From the human T2T-CHM13v2.0 reference genome, Homo sapiens, in the NCBI RefSeq assembly GCF_009914755.1, contig NC_060942.1: 64,000 nucleotides of DNA; one strand, written 5' to 3'. Positions within the stretch are counted from its first letter, which is position 1, and the number at the start of each line of letters is the position of its first letter. Made by a program: the position numbers and the translations under genes. The notes under the pieces were generated by a model, which was given only the letters and a program-made list of their open reading frames with translations, did not search any database and was not told the DNA's origin. Of the stretch, positions 27,247 to 40,894 are shown piece by piece.

Positions 27247-30200
27247 TTCTGAGAAACTTCTTTGAGTTGTGTGCCTTTATCTCACAGAATTAAGTCTTTC
27301 TTTTGATTGAGCAGTATTGAAACTATCTTTTTGTAGTATCTTCAAGTGGACATTTAGAGCGCTTTGTGGCTGATGGTTGAAAAGGAAGTATCTTCACATA
27401 AAATCTAGACAGAAGCAATCTAAGGAACATCTTTGTGATGTGTGCATTCATCTTACACACTTAAACCTTTCTTTTGATTGAGCAGTTTTGAATCTCTCTT
27501 TTTGTAGAATCTGAAAGTGGACTTTTGGAGTGCTTTCAGGCCTACAGTAGAAAAGGAAATATCTTCACACAAAAATTAGACAGAAGAATTCTGGGAAAAT
27601 TCTTTGTGATAGGTGCGTTCATCTCACAGAGTTGAACCTTTCTTTTGATTGAGCAGTTTGGAAACAGTCCTTTTGTAGAATCTGAAAGTGGACATTTGGA
27701 GCGCTTCTTGGCCTATGGTAGAAAAGCAAATATTTTCACATAAAATCAAGACAGAAATAATCTGAGAAACTTCTTTGTGATGTATGCATTCATCTCACAG
27801 AGTTGAAAATTTCTTTTGAATGAGCAGTTTGGAAACACTCCTTTGTAGAGTCTGTAAGTGAAGATTTGCAGCACTTTGAGACCTATGGTAGAAAATGAAA
27901 TATCTTCACATAAAATCTAGACAGTAGCAATCTGAGAAACGTCTTTGTGATGTGTGCATTCATCTCACGGAGTTAAACCTTTCTTTTGATTGAGCAGTTT
28001 TGAAAGTCTGTTTTTTTTAGAATCTGCAAGTGAATATTTGGAATGCTTTGAGGCCTATGGTGGAAAAGGAAATATCTTCACATAAAAACTAGATAGAAGC
28101 ATTTTGAGAAACTTCTTTCTGATGTGTGCATTCATCTCACAGAGTTGAAACTTTCTTTTGATTGAGCAGTTAGGAAACACTCTTTTTGTAGAATCTGCAA
28201 GTGGACATTTGGAGCACTTTGCGGACAATGGTAGAAAAGGAAATATCTTCACATTAAAAGTAGACAGGAGAATTCTGAGAAACAACTTTGTGATTTGTGG
28301 ATTTATCTCCCAGAGTTGAAACTCTCTTTTGAAGGACTAGTTTTGAAATACTCTTTTTGTAGAATCAGCAAGTGGAATTTTGGAGCACTTTGAGGCCTAT
28401 GGTGGAAAAGGAAATATCTTCACAAAAAAACTAGACAGAAGATTTCTGAGAAACTTCTTTGTGATGTGTGCATTCATCTCACAGAGTTGAACTTTTCCTT
28501 TTATTTAGCAGTATGGAAACACTGTTTTTGTAGAATCTGACAGGGGACACTTGGAGCGCTTTGCTGCCTATAGCAGAAAAGGAAATATCTTCCCAAAAAA
28601 ACTAGACAGAAGATTTCTGAGAAACTACTTTGTGATGTGTGCATTCATGTCCTAGAGTTAGATCTTTCTTTTGATTGAGCAGTCTTGAAACTCTCTTTAT
28701 GTAGAATCTGCAAGTGGACATTTGGAGCAGTTTGGGGCCTATGTTGGAAAAGGAAATACCTTCACATAAAAATTAGAGAGAATAATTCTGAGAAACTTCT
28801 TTGTGATGTGTGCATTCACCTGACAGAGTTGAACCTTTCTTTTGATTGAGCAGTATGGAAACACTCTTTTTGTAGAATCTGCAAGTGGACATTTGGAGCG
28901 CTTTCTGGCCTTTGGCAGAAAAGGAAATATCTTCACATGAATTCTAGATGGAAGCAATCTGAGAAACTTCTTTTTGATGTATGCATTCACATCAAAGTGT
29001 TAAAACTTTCTTTGGATTCAGGAGTTTCAAAACTCTCTTTTTGTAAAATGTGCAAGTGGACATTTGGAGTGCTTTGAGGCCTATGGTGGAAAAGGAGATA
29101 TCTTCACATAAAAATTAGGCAGAAGAATTCTGAGAAACTTCTTTGTGATGTGTGAGTTCATCTCACAGATTTGAAACTTTCTTTGACTGAGCAGTTTGGA
29201 AACACTCTTTTTGGAGAATCTGCTGGTGGACATTTCGAGCGCTTTGCAGCCTATTGTAGAAAAAGAAATATCTTCATATAAAATGTAGACAGAAGCAATC
29301 TGACAAACTTCTTTGTGATGTGTGCTTTCATCTCACAGAGTTGAACCTTTTCTTTTTTTTGAGCAGTTTTGAAACTCTCCTTTTGTAGAATCTGCAAGTG
29401 GACATATGGAGCATCTTGAGGTCTATGGTGGAAAAGGAAATACCTTCACATGAAAACTAGACAGAAGCATTCTGAGAATCTTCTTTCATCTCACAGAGTT
29501 GAACCTTTCTTTTGATCAAGCAGTATGGAAACACTGTTTTTGTAGAATCTGCAAGTGGACATTCGTAGTGCTTTGCGGCTTACGGTTGAAAAGGAAATAT
29601 ATTCACATAAAATCTAGACAAAAGCAATCAGAGAAACTTCCTTGTGATGTGTGCATTCATCTCACAGTGTTAAACCTTCCTTCTGATTGTGCAGTTTTGA
29701 AACTCTCTTTTTATATAATCTGCAGGTGGACATTTGTAGCACTTTGACTCCTATGGTGGAAAAGGAAATATCTTCACATAAAAACTAGATAGAAGCATTC
29801 TGAGAAACTTCTTTGTTGTGTGTGCATTCATCTCCCAGAGATAAACCATTCTTTTGTTGGAGCAGTTTTGAAATCCTCTTTTCGTAGAATCTTCAAGTGG
29901 ACATTTAAAGTTCCCTGAGGCCAATGATGGAAAATGAAATATCTTCACATAAAAATTAGACAGAAGTATTCTGAGAAACTTCTTTGGATGCTTGCATTCA
30001 TCTGACAGAGTTGAACCTTTCTTTTAATTCAGCAGTTTGGAAACACTCTTTTTGTAGAAACTACAAGTGGATATTTGGAGTGCTTTGCGGCCTATGGTAG
30101 AAAAGGAAATATCTTCACATAAAATCTACACAGAAGCAATCTGTGAAACTTCTTTGTGATGTGTGCATTCATCTCACAGAGTTAAGCCTTTCTTTTGATT

Positions 30201-33200
30201 GAGAAGTTTTGAAACTCTCTTTTTGTAAAATCTGCAAGTGGACATTTGCAGCACTTTGAGGCCTGTGTTGGAAGAGGAAATATATTCACATAAAAACTAG
30301 ACAGAAGAATTCTGAGAAACTTCTTTTTGATGCATGCGATCATCTCACAGAGTTAAATCTTTCTTTTGATTGAACAATTTGGAACCATTCTTTTTGTAGA
30401 ATCTGCAAGTGGACATTTGGAGCCCTTTGCAGCCTATGGTAGAAAAGGAAATATCTTCACATAATGTCTAGACAGAAACAATCTCAGAATGTTCTTTGTG
30501 ATGTGCGCATTCGTCTCCTAGAGTTGAATGTTTCTTTTGAAGGACCAGTTTTGAAATACGGTTTTTGTAGAATCTACAAGTGGGCATTTCGAGTGCCATG
30601 AGGCCTAAGGTGGAAAAGGAAATGTCTTCATATAAAAACTAGACAGAAGAATTTTGAGAGACTTCATTGTGATGTGGGCATACATCTCACAGAGCTGAAA
30701 CTTTCTTTTGATTGAGCAGTTTTGAAACACTATTTTTGTAGTATCTGCAAGTGGACATTTGAAGCGCTTTGCAGCTTATGGTAGAAAAGGAAATATCCTC
30801 ACATAAAATCTAGACAGAAGCATTCTTAGAAACTTCTTTGTGATGTGTGCATTCATCTTACAGATTTAAACCTCTTTTGATTGAGCATTTTGGAAACACT
30901 CTTTTTGTAGAATCTGGAAGTGGACATTTGGAGCACTTTGAGGCCTATGGTGGAAAGGAAATATCTTCACATAAAAACTAGACAGAAGAATTCTGAGAAA
31001 CCTCTTGGTGATGCATGCATTCATCTCACAGAGTTGATAATTTCTATTGTTTGAGCAGTTTGAAAACATTCTTTTTGTTGAATCTTCAAGTGGACATTTG
31101 GAGAGCTTTGTGGCCTGTGGTAGAAAAGGAAATACCTTCACATAAAATCTAGACAGAAGTAATCTGAGAAACTTCTTTGTGATGTGTGCATTCGTCTCAC
31201 AGAGTTAAAATGCTCTTTGGTTGAGGAGTTTTGAAAATCTCTTTTTGTAGAATCTGCAATTGGACATTTGGAGCGCTTTGTGGCCTATGGTAGAAAAGGA
31301 AATATCTTCATATAAAAACTAGACAGAAGAATTCTGAGAAACTTCTTTTTGATGCATGAGTTCATCCCACAGAGTTCAACCTTTCTTTTGATTGACCGGT
31401 TTGGAAACACTCTGTCTTTGAAATCTGGAAGTGAACATTTGGAGTGCTTTGAGGTCTACGGTGGAAAAGGAAATATGTTCACATAAAAACTAGACAGAAG
31501 AATTCTGAGAAACTTCTTTGTGATGTGTGCATTCATCTCACAGAATTGAACTTTTTTTGGATGGAGCAGTTTGAAAACACTCTTTTTCTAGAATTTGCAA
31601 GTGGACATTTGGAGCTCTTTGCAGCGTATGGTAGAAAAAAGGAATATCTTCACATAAAATCTAGACAGAAGTAATCTGAGAAACTGCTTTGTCGTGTGCA
31701 TTGATCTAACAGGGTTGAACCTTTCTTTTGATTGAGCACATTGGAAATACTCTTTTTGTAGAATCTGCAAGTGGATATTTGGAGCGCTTTGCGGCCTATT
31801 TTAGAAAAGGAAATATCTTCACATAAAATCTAGACAGAAGAAATCTGAGAAACTTCTTTGTAAATGTGTGCATTCATCTCACAGAGTTAAACCCTTCCTT
31901 TGATTGAGAAGTTTTGTAACTCTCTTTTTGTAGAATCTGAAAGTGGACATTTGGAGTACTTTGAGGCATATGGTGGAAAAGGAAATATCCTCAGATAAAA
32001 GCTAGAAAGAAGCAATCTGAGAAACTTCTTTATGATGTATGCATTCATCTCACACAGTAAAGCCTTTCTTTTGATTGAGCAGTTTTGAATCTCTCCTTTT
32101 GTAGAATCTGTAAGTGGACATTTGGAGTTCTTTGAGGCCTATGGTGGAAAAGGAAATATCTTCACATAAAAACTAGATAGAAGCATTTTGAGAAACTTCT
32201 TTCTGATGTGTGCATTCATCTCACAGAGTTGAATTTTTGTTTGGATTGAGCTGTCTGAAAACACTCTTTTTGTAGAATGTGCAAGTGGATATTTGCAGCG
32301 CTTTGAGGCCTATGGTAGAAAAAAGAAATATCTTCACATAAAATCTAGACAGAAGCAATCTGAGAAACTTCTTTGTGATGTGTGCATTCATCTCACAGAG
32401 TTGAACCTTTCTATTGATTGAGCAGTTTGGAAACACTCTATTTATAGAATCGGCAAGTGGAATTAGGAGCGCTTTGCAGCCTATTGTAGAACAGGGAATA
32501 TCTTCATATAAAATCTAGACAGAAGCAATCTGAGAAACTTCTTTCTGATGTGTGCATTCATCTCACAGAGTTAAATCGTTCTTTTTTTTTTTTAACAGTT
32601 TTGAAAATCTCTTTTTGTTGAATCTGCAAGTTGACATTTGGAGCGCTTTGAGGCCTATGGTGGAAAAGGAAATATCTTCACATAATAACTAGACAGAAGA
32701 ATTCTGAGCAACTTCTTTGTGATGTGTGCATTCATCTCACAGAGTTGAACCTTTCTTTTGATTGAGCAGTTTGGAAACACTCTTTTTGTAGAATCTGCAA
32801 GTGGACATTTGGTGCACTTTGTGGCCTATGGTAGAAAAGGAAATATCTTCACATTAAATCTAGACAGAAGCAATCTGAGAAACTTCTTTTTGATGCGTGC
32901 ATTTATCTCACAGAGTTAAAACTTTCCTTTGATTGAGTAGTTCTGAATCTCTCTTTTTGTTGAATCTGAAATTGGGCATTTGGAGCTCTTTCAGGCCCTT
33001 GGTGGAAAAGGAAATATCTTCACATAAAAACTAGACAGAAGAATTCTGAGAAACTCCTTTGTGATGTGTGCGTTCATCTCACAGAGTTGAACCTTTCTTT
33101 TTATTGAGCCATTTGAAAACACTGTTTTTGTAGAATCTGCAAGTGGACATTTGGAGTACTTTGCAGCCAATGGTAGAAAAGGAAATATCTTGACATAAAA

Positions 33201-36200
33201 TCTACACAGAAGCAATCTGGGAAACTTCTTTGTGATGTGCACGCTCATCTCACAGAGTTAAACCTTTCTTTTGATTGAGCAGTTTTGAAACTCTCTTTTT
33301 GTAGATTCTGCAAGTGAACATTTGGAGCGGTTTGAGACCTATGGTGGAAAAGGAAATATATTCACATAAAAATTAGATAGAATCAATATGAGAAACTACT
33401 TTGTGATATGTGCATTCATCTCCCAGATTTGAACCTTTCTTTTGATGGGCCAGTTATTTATTACTCTTTTTGTGGAATCTGCAAGTGGACATTTCAAGCC
33501 CCTTGAGGCCTACCATGGAAAATGAAATACATTCACATAAAAACTAGACAGAAGAAATCTGAGAAACATCTATGTGATGTGTGCGTTCATCTCACAGAGT
33601 TAAACTTTTTTTGATCGAGCAGTTTGGAAACACACTTTTTGAACAATCTGCAAGTGGACATTTGAAGCTCTTTGAGAACTGTGGTGGAAAAGGAAATATC
33701 TTCACATAAAAACTAGACAGAAGAATACTATGAAATCATTTTGTGATGCGTGCGTTCATCACACAGAGTTGAAAGTTTCTTTTCATTGGGCTGTTTGGAA
33801 ACACTCTTTTTGTAGAATCTACATGTGGACAATTTTAGCACTTTGCGGCCTATGGTAGAAAAGGAAATATCTTCACATAAAATCTAGACAGAAGCAATCT
33901 GACAAACTTCTTTGTGATGTGTTCATTCATCTCACAGAGTTAAACCTTTCTTTTTATTGAGCAGTTTTGAAATCCTCTTTTTGTAGTATCTGCAAGTGGA
34001 CATTACGAGCCCTTTTAGGCCTGTGGTAGAAAAGGAAATCTCTTCACATAAAAACTAGACAGAAGAATTCTGAAAAACTTCTTTGTGATGCGTGCCTTCA
34101 TCTCCCATAGTTGAAACTTTCTCTTGATACAGCAGGTTGGAAACACTCTTTTGTAGAATCTGCAAGTGCACATTCGGAGCGCTTTGCGGCCTGTAGTAGA
34201 AAAGGAAATATCTTCACATAAAGTCTAGACAGAAGAAATCTGAGAAACTTCTTGGTGATGTGTGCATTCATCTCATGGAGTTAAACTTTTCTTCTGATTG
34301 AGCAGTATTGAAGCTCTGTATTTGTAGAATCCGCTAGTGGATATTTGGAGTTCTTTGAGGAGAACAGTGGAAAAGGAAATATCTGCACATAAAAACTAGA
34401 CAGAAGAATTCTGAGAAACTTCTTTGGGACGTGTGCATTCATCTCACAGATTTGAACCTATCTTTTGATTGAACAGTTTGGAAACACTCTTTCTGTAGAA
34501 TATGCAAGTGGACATTTGGAGAACTTTGTGGCATATGATAGAAAAGGAAATATCTTCACATAAAATCTAGACAGAACCCATCTGAGAAACTTCTTTGTGA
34601 TGTGTGCATTCATCTCACAGAGTTAAACCTTTCTTTTGATTGAGCAGTTTGGAAACACTCTTTTTGTAGAATCTCGAAGTGGACATTTGGAGCGCTTAGA
34701 GGCCTATGGTGGAAAAGGAAATATCTTCACATAAAAACTAGACAGAAGAATTCTGATAATCTTCTTTGTGATGTGTGCGTTCATCTCACAAAGCTGAAAT
34801 TTTCTTTTGATTGAGCAGTTTGGAAACACTCTTTTTGTAGAATCTGCAAGTGGACATTTGCAATGCTTTGTGGCCTATGGTTGAAACAGAAATATCTTCA
34901 CATAGATAATCTAGACAGAAACAATCTGAGAAACTTCTTTGTGATGTGTGCATTCATCTCACAGAGTTAAACCTTTCTTTTGATTGAGCGGTTTTGAAAC
35001 TCTCTTTTCGTAGAATCTGCAAGTGGACATTTGGAGCGCTTTGAGGTCTATGGTGGAAAAGGTAATATCTTCACATAAAAACTAGACAGAAGAATTCTGA
35101 CAAACTTCTTGGGAATGTGTGCATTCATCTCACAGACTTGAACCTTTCTTTTGATTGAGCAGTTTGGAAACACTCTTTTTTGTAGAATCTGCAAATGGAC
35201 ATTTGAAGCGCCTTGCGACCTATGATAGAAAAAGTAATACCTTCACATAAAATCTAGAGAGAAGCAATCGGAGAAACTTCTCAGTGATGGGTGCATTCAT
35301 CTCACAGAGTTTAAACTTTCTTTTGATTCAGCAGTTTTGAAACTCTCTTTTTGTAGAATCTGCAAGTGGACATTTGGAACGCTTTGAGGCCTATGGTGGA
35401 AAAGGAAATATCTTCACATAAAAACTAGAAAGAAGAATTCTGACAAACTTCTTTGTGATGTGTGCGTTCTTCTCACAGAGTGGAAGCGTTCTTTCAATTG
35501 AGCAGTTTGGTACCACTCTTTCTTGTAGAGTCTGCAAGTGCACATTTGGAGCGCTTTGCGGTCTATGGTAGAAAAGTAAATATCTTCACGTAAAATCTAG
35601 ACAGAAGCAATATGAGAAACTTGTTTGTGATATATGCATTCATCTCACAGAGATAACCCTTCCTTTTGATTGAGCAGTTTTGAAACTCTCTTTTTGTAGA
35701 ATCTGCAAGCGGACATTTAGAGCATCTTGAGGCCTATGGTGGAACAGGAAATATCTTCACATAAAAATTAGACAGAAGAATTCTGAGAAACTTCTTTGTG
35801 ATGAGTGTGTTCATCTCACAGAGTTGAACGTTTCTTTTGATTAAGTAGTTTGGAAACACTCTTTTTGTAGAATCTGCAAGTGGACATTTGGAACTCTTTG
35901 AGGCCAGTGGTAGAAAAGGAAATATCTTCACATAAAATCTAGACAGAAGCAATCTGAGAAACTTCTTTGTGATGCGTGCATTAATCTCACTGAGTTAAAC
36001 CTTTCTTTTGATTGAGCAGATTGGAAACTCTCTTTTTGTAGAATCTGCAAGTGGACATTTGGCAGCGCTTTGAGGCCTGTGGTGGAGAAGGAAATATCTT
36101 CACATAAAAAGTAGATAGAAGCATTCTGAGAAAGTTCTCTGTGATGTCTGCATTCATCTCCTGGAGTTCCAACTTTCTTTAGGAGAACCAGTTTTCAAAT

Positions 36201-36550
36201 ACTCTTTTTGGAGTATCTGCAAGGGGACATTTCAAGCACCTTGAGGCTTAAGTTGGAAAAGGAAATATCTTCACAAAAAAAAAAGAAGAATTCTGAGAAT
36301 CTTTTTTATGATGTGTACGTTGATCTAACAGAGTTGAAACTTTCTTTTGATTGTGTAGTTTGGAAACACCCTTTTTGTAGAATCGGCAAGTGGACATTTG
36401 GAGCGCTTTGCGGCCTATGATAGAAAAGGAAATATCTTCACATAAAATCTAGAAGGAAGCAATTTCAGAAACTCCTTTGTGATGTGTGCATTCATCTCAC
36501 AGAGTTGAAACTTTCTTTTGATTGAGCAGTTTTGAAACACTCTCTTCGTG

Positions 36551-39500
36551 GAATCTGCAAGTGGATATTTGGAGCCCTTTGAGGCAAGTGGATATTTGGA
36601 GCCCTTTGAGGCCTATTGTGGAAAAGGAAATATCTTCACATAAAAACTACTCAGAAACATTCTGAGAAACACCATAGTGATGTTTGCATTCAACTCACAG
36701 AGTTGAAACTACGTTTTGATTGAGCAGTTTTGCATCTCTCTTTTTGCAGAAACTACAAGTGTATGTTTGGAAAGTTTTGAGGCCTATTGTGGAAAAGGAA
36801 ATATCTTCACATAGAAACTACACAGAAGCATTCTGAGAAACGACTTTGTGAGGTGTGCATTCAACTCACAGAGTTGAAATTTTCTTCTCTTTGAGGAGTT
36901 TTCAATCTCTATTTTTGTAGAATCTGCAAGTGGATATTTGAAGACCTTTGCACCCTATGGTGGAAAAGGGAATATCTTCAAATAAAAACTACGCAGTAGC
37001 ATTCAGAGAAACTTCTTTGTGATATGTGCACTCAACTCACAGAGTTGAAACTATCTTTTGATTGAGCAGTTTTGAATCTCTCTTTTTGCACTATCTGAAA
37101 GTGGATATTTCGAGCCCTTTGAGGCCTACAGTGGAAAAGCAAATATCTTCACATAAAAACTATGCAGAAGCATTGTGAGAAACTACTTTGTGAGGTGTGC
37201 ATTCAACTCACAGACTTGAACTTATCTTCTCATTGAGCAATTTTTGAATTTATCTTTTGGTAGAATATCCATGTGGATATTTGGAGCCCTTTGCACCCTA
37301 TGGTGGAAAAGGAAATATCTTCAAATAAAAACTACACAGAATCACTCAGAGAAACTGCTTTGTGATGTGTGCATTCATCTCACAGGTTTGAACCTATCTT
37401 TTGATTGAGCAGTTTTGAATCTCTCTTTTTGCAGAACCTGTATGTGGATGTTTGGAGAGCTTGGAGGCCTATTGTGGAAAAGGGAATATCTTCACATAAA
37501 AACTACACAGAAACATTCTGAGAAACTTCTTTTTGAGGTGTGCATTCAACTCACAGAGTTGATCTTATCTTCTCATTGAGCAGTTTTGAATCTCTCTTTT
37601 TGTAGAATCTGCAAGTGGATATTTGGAGCCCTTTGAGCCCTGTGGTGCAAAAGGAAATATCTTGAAATAAAAACTACAAAGAAGCATTCAGACAAACTTC
37701 TTTGTGATGTATGCATTCAACTCACAGAGTTGAACGTATCTTTTGATTGAGCAGTTTTGAATCTCTCTTTTTGCAAAATCTGCAGGTAGATATTTGGAGC
37801 CCTTTGAGGCCTACTGTGGAAAAGCAAATATCTTCACATAAAAATTACACAGAAGCATTCTGAGAAACTACTTCGTGACGTGTGCATTCATTTCACAGGG
37901 TTGAATCTATCTCATGATTGAGCAGTTTTGAAACACTATTTTAGTAGAATATGGAAGTGGATATTTGGAGCCCATTGAGGCCTTTAGTGGTAAGGAAATA
38001 TCTTCACATAAAAACAACACAGAAGGATTCTGAGAAACTTCTTTGTGATGTGTGCATTCATCTCACTGAGTTGAACCTTTCTTTTCATTGCGCAGTTTTG
38101 AAACACCGTTTTTGTAGAATCTTCAAGTGGATATTTGGAGAATTTTGTCACCTATTGTGGAAAAGGAAACATCTTCACATAAAAACTACTCAGAAGCATT
38201 CTGAGAAACTTCTTTGTGATGTGGGCATTCAACTCACAGAGTTGAACCTATCCTTTGATTGAGCAGTTTAGAGTCTCTCTTTTTCTATAATCTGCAAGTG
38301 GATATTTGGAGCCCTTTGCACCCTATGGTGGAAAAGGAAATATCTTCAATAAAAACTACACAGAAGCATTCTAAGAAACTTCTTCATGATGTGTACAGTC
38401 AACTCAGTGAGTTGAACTTATCTTCTCAATGAGCAGTTTTGAATCTCTGTTTTTGTAGACTCTGCAAGTGGATATTAGGAGCCCTTTGTGCCCTATCGTG
38501 GAAAAGGAATTATCTTCAAATAGAACTACACAGAACCATTCAGAGAAACTTCTTTCTGATGTATGCATTCAACTCACAGAGTTGAACCTATCTTTTGATT
38601 GAGCAGTTTTGAATACCTCTTTTTGCAGAATCTGCAGGTGGATATTTGGAGCCTTTTGAGGCCTGCTGTGGAAAATCAAATATGTTCACATAAAAACTAC
38701 ACAGAAAGATTCTGAGAAACTTCTTTGTGATATGTGCATTCAACTCACAGAGTTGAACCTATCTTTTGATTGAGCAGTTTGAATCTCTCTTTTTGTAGAA
38801 TCTGCAAGTGGATATTAGGAGCCCTTTGCACCCTATGGTGGAAAAGGAAATATCTTCAAATAAAAACTACATAGAAGCATTCAGAGAAACTGCTTTGTGA
38901 TGTGTGCATTCAACTCACAGAGGTGAACTTATCTTTTGTTTGAGCAGTTTTGAATCTCTCTTTATGCAGAATCTGCAGGTGGATATTTGGAGACCTTCGA
39001 GGCCTACTGTGGAAAAGGAAATAACTTCAAATAAAAACTACACAGAAGCATTCTCAGAAACTTCTTCGTGATGTATGCATTAAACTCACAGAGTTGAACC
39101 TATCTTTTGATTGAACAGTTTTGAATCTCTCCTTTTGCACAATCTGCAAGTGGATATTTGGAGCGTTGTGAGGCCTACTGTGGAAAATCAAATATGTTCA
39201 CATAAAAACTAAACAGAAGCATTCTGAGAAACTTCTTTGTGATGTGTGCATTCAACTCACAGAGTTGAACCTATCTTTTGATTGAGCAGTTTTGAATCTC
39301 TCTTTTTGCAGAATCTGTTATGGATGTTTTGTAGAGCTTTGAGGACTATTGTGGAAAAGGAAACATCTTCACATAAAAACTACACAGAAGCATTCTGAGA
39401 AACTTCTTTGTGAGGTGTGCATTCAACTCACAGAGTTGATCTTATCTTCTCATTGAGCAGTTTTGAACCTCTCTTTTTGCAGAATCTGTAGGTGGATATT

Positions 39501-40450
39501 TGGAGCCCTTTGAGGCCTACTGTGGAAAAGCAAATATCCTCACATAAAAATTACACAGAAGCATTATGAGAAACTACTTCATGACGTGTGAATTCATCTC
39601 ACAGGGATGAATTTATCTCATGATTTAGCAGTTTTGAAACACTCTTTTTGTAGAATATGGAAGTGGATATTTGGAGCCCACTGAGGCCCATAGTGGTAAG
39701 GAAATATCTTCACATAAAAACAACACAGAAGCATTCTGAGAAACTTCTTTGTGATGTGTGCATTCATCTCAGTGTTGAACCTTTCTTTTCATTGCACAGT
39801 TTTGAAACACCTTTTTTGTAGAATCTTCAAGTGGATATTTGGAGAACTTTGAGGCCTATTGTGGAAAAGGAAATATCTTCACATAAAAACTACTCAGAAG
39901 CATTCTGAGAAACTTCTTTGTGATGTGGGCATTCAACTTACAGAGTTGAACCTATCTGTTGATTGAGCAGTTTAGAGTTTCTCTTTTTCTAGAATCTGCA
40001 AGAGGATATTTGGAGCCCTATGCGCCCTATGGTGGAAAAGGAAATATCTTCAATAAAAACTGCACAGAAGCATTCTAAGAAACTTCTTCATGATGTGTAC
40101 ATTCAAATCACTGAGTTGAAATTTTCTTCTCAATTAGCAGTTTTGAATCTCTGGTTTTGTAGAATCTACAAGTGGATATTTGGAGCCATTTGTGCCCTAT
40201 GGTGGAAAAGGAATTATCTTTAAATAAAACTACACAGAACCATTCAGAGAAACTGCTTTGTGATGTATGCATTCAACTCACAGAGATGAACCTATCTTTT
40301 GATTGGTCAGTTTAGAATCTCTTTTTTGAAGAAACTGCAAGTGGATATTTGGAGCCCTTTGGGCTCTGTGTTGGAAAAGGAAATATCTTTAAATAAAAAC
40401 AACACAGAAGTAGTCAGAGAAACTTCTTTGTGCTGTGTGCATTAAACTCA
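36551..40450 (+). repeat. Layer 2: SF4-like (M1/Ga-type) monomeric block, no CENP-B boxes
   Basis: Abrupt switch to AAAACTACACAGAAGCATTC, CATTCAACTCAC, GAACCTATC, GTTTTGAATCTCTC and GGATATTTGGAGCCCTTTG. The family label is from recalled consensus features. Confidence 0.75.
36557..36610 (+). repeat. Perfect 27-bp tandem duplication
   Basis: GCAAGTGGATATTTGGAGCCCTTTGAG at 36557-36583 and again at 36584-36610. Confidence 0.95.
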
Positions 40451-40877
40451 GAGAGTTGAAACTTCCTTTTGGTAGAGCAGTTTTGAAACACTCTTTTTGT
40501 AGAATCTGCAGGTGGATATTTGGAGCGCTTTGAGGCCTATGGTAGAAAAGGAAATATGTTCATACAGAAACTAGATAGAAGCATTCACAGAAACTACTTT
40601 GTGATGTGTGCATTCAACTCAAAGAGTTGAACATTCCTTTAGTCAGAGCAGTTTTGCAGCACTCTTTTTGTAGAATCTGCAAATGGATACTTGGACTGCT
40701 CTGAGGCCTATGTTAGAAAAGGAAATATCATCACACAAAAACTAGACAGAAGCATTCTCAGAAACTTCTTTGTGATTTGTGATTCAACTCACGGAGTTCA
40801 CCATTCCTCTTGACAGAACAGTTTTGAAACACACTTTTTGTAGAATCTGCAAGTGGATATTTGGAGTGCTTTGAGGC

Positions 40878-40894
40878 CTTCGGTGGAAACGGGA
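40878..40894 (+). promoter_or_regulatory. First CENP-B box in the window (variant, all 9 core nucleotides intact)
   Basis: CTTCGGTGGAAACGGGA matches nTTCGnnnnAnnCGGGn. Confidence 0.8.

Larger units (their letters stand above)
1..36550 (+). repeat. Layer 1: old A-type alpha satellite with loose dimeric alternation, no CENP-B boxes (probably SF4/SF6-type)
   Basis: Monomers mostly carry CATTCATCTCAC, GATTGAGCAG and TCTGAGAAAC. Two types alternate: ...GGTGGAAAAG-AAAAACTAGACAGAAGAATTCTG-GTTGAAC-GTTTGGAAACACTC and ...GGTAGAAAAG-AAAATCTAGACAGAAGCAATCTG-GTTAAAC-GTTTTGAAACTCTC. The A/B-box position holds only CTATGGTRGAAAAGGAA-like sequence. The exact family name is inference. Confidence 0.85.

Noticed and set aside
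29478-29495. 14-bp deletion (CTTCTTT|CATCTC) and similar small deletions at ~41460, ~48100, ~52326 and ~63900
   Set aside because: Real, but ordinary decay indels of diverged satellite with no further structure.
36271-36290. A10 run (TCACAAAAAAAAAAGAAG) as a retroelement poly-A tail
   Set aside because: It replaces the native TAAAAACTAGAC with a slight net loss of length. There is no element body or target-site duplication, so slippage is the likely cause.
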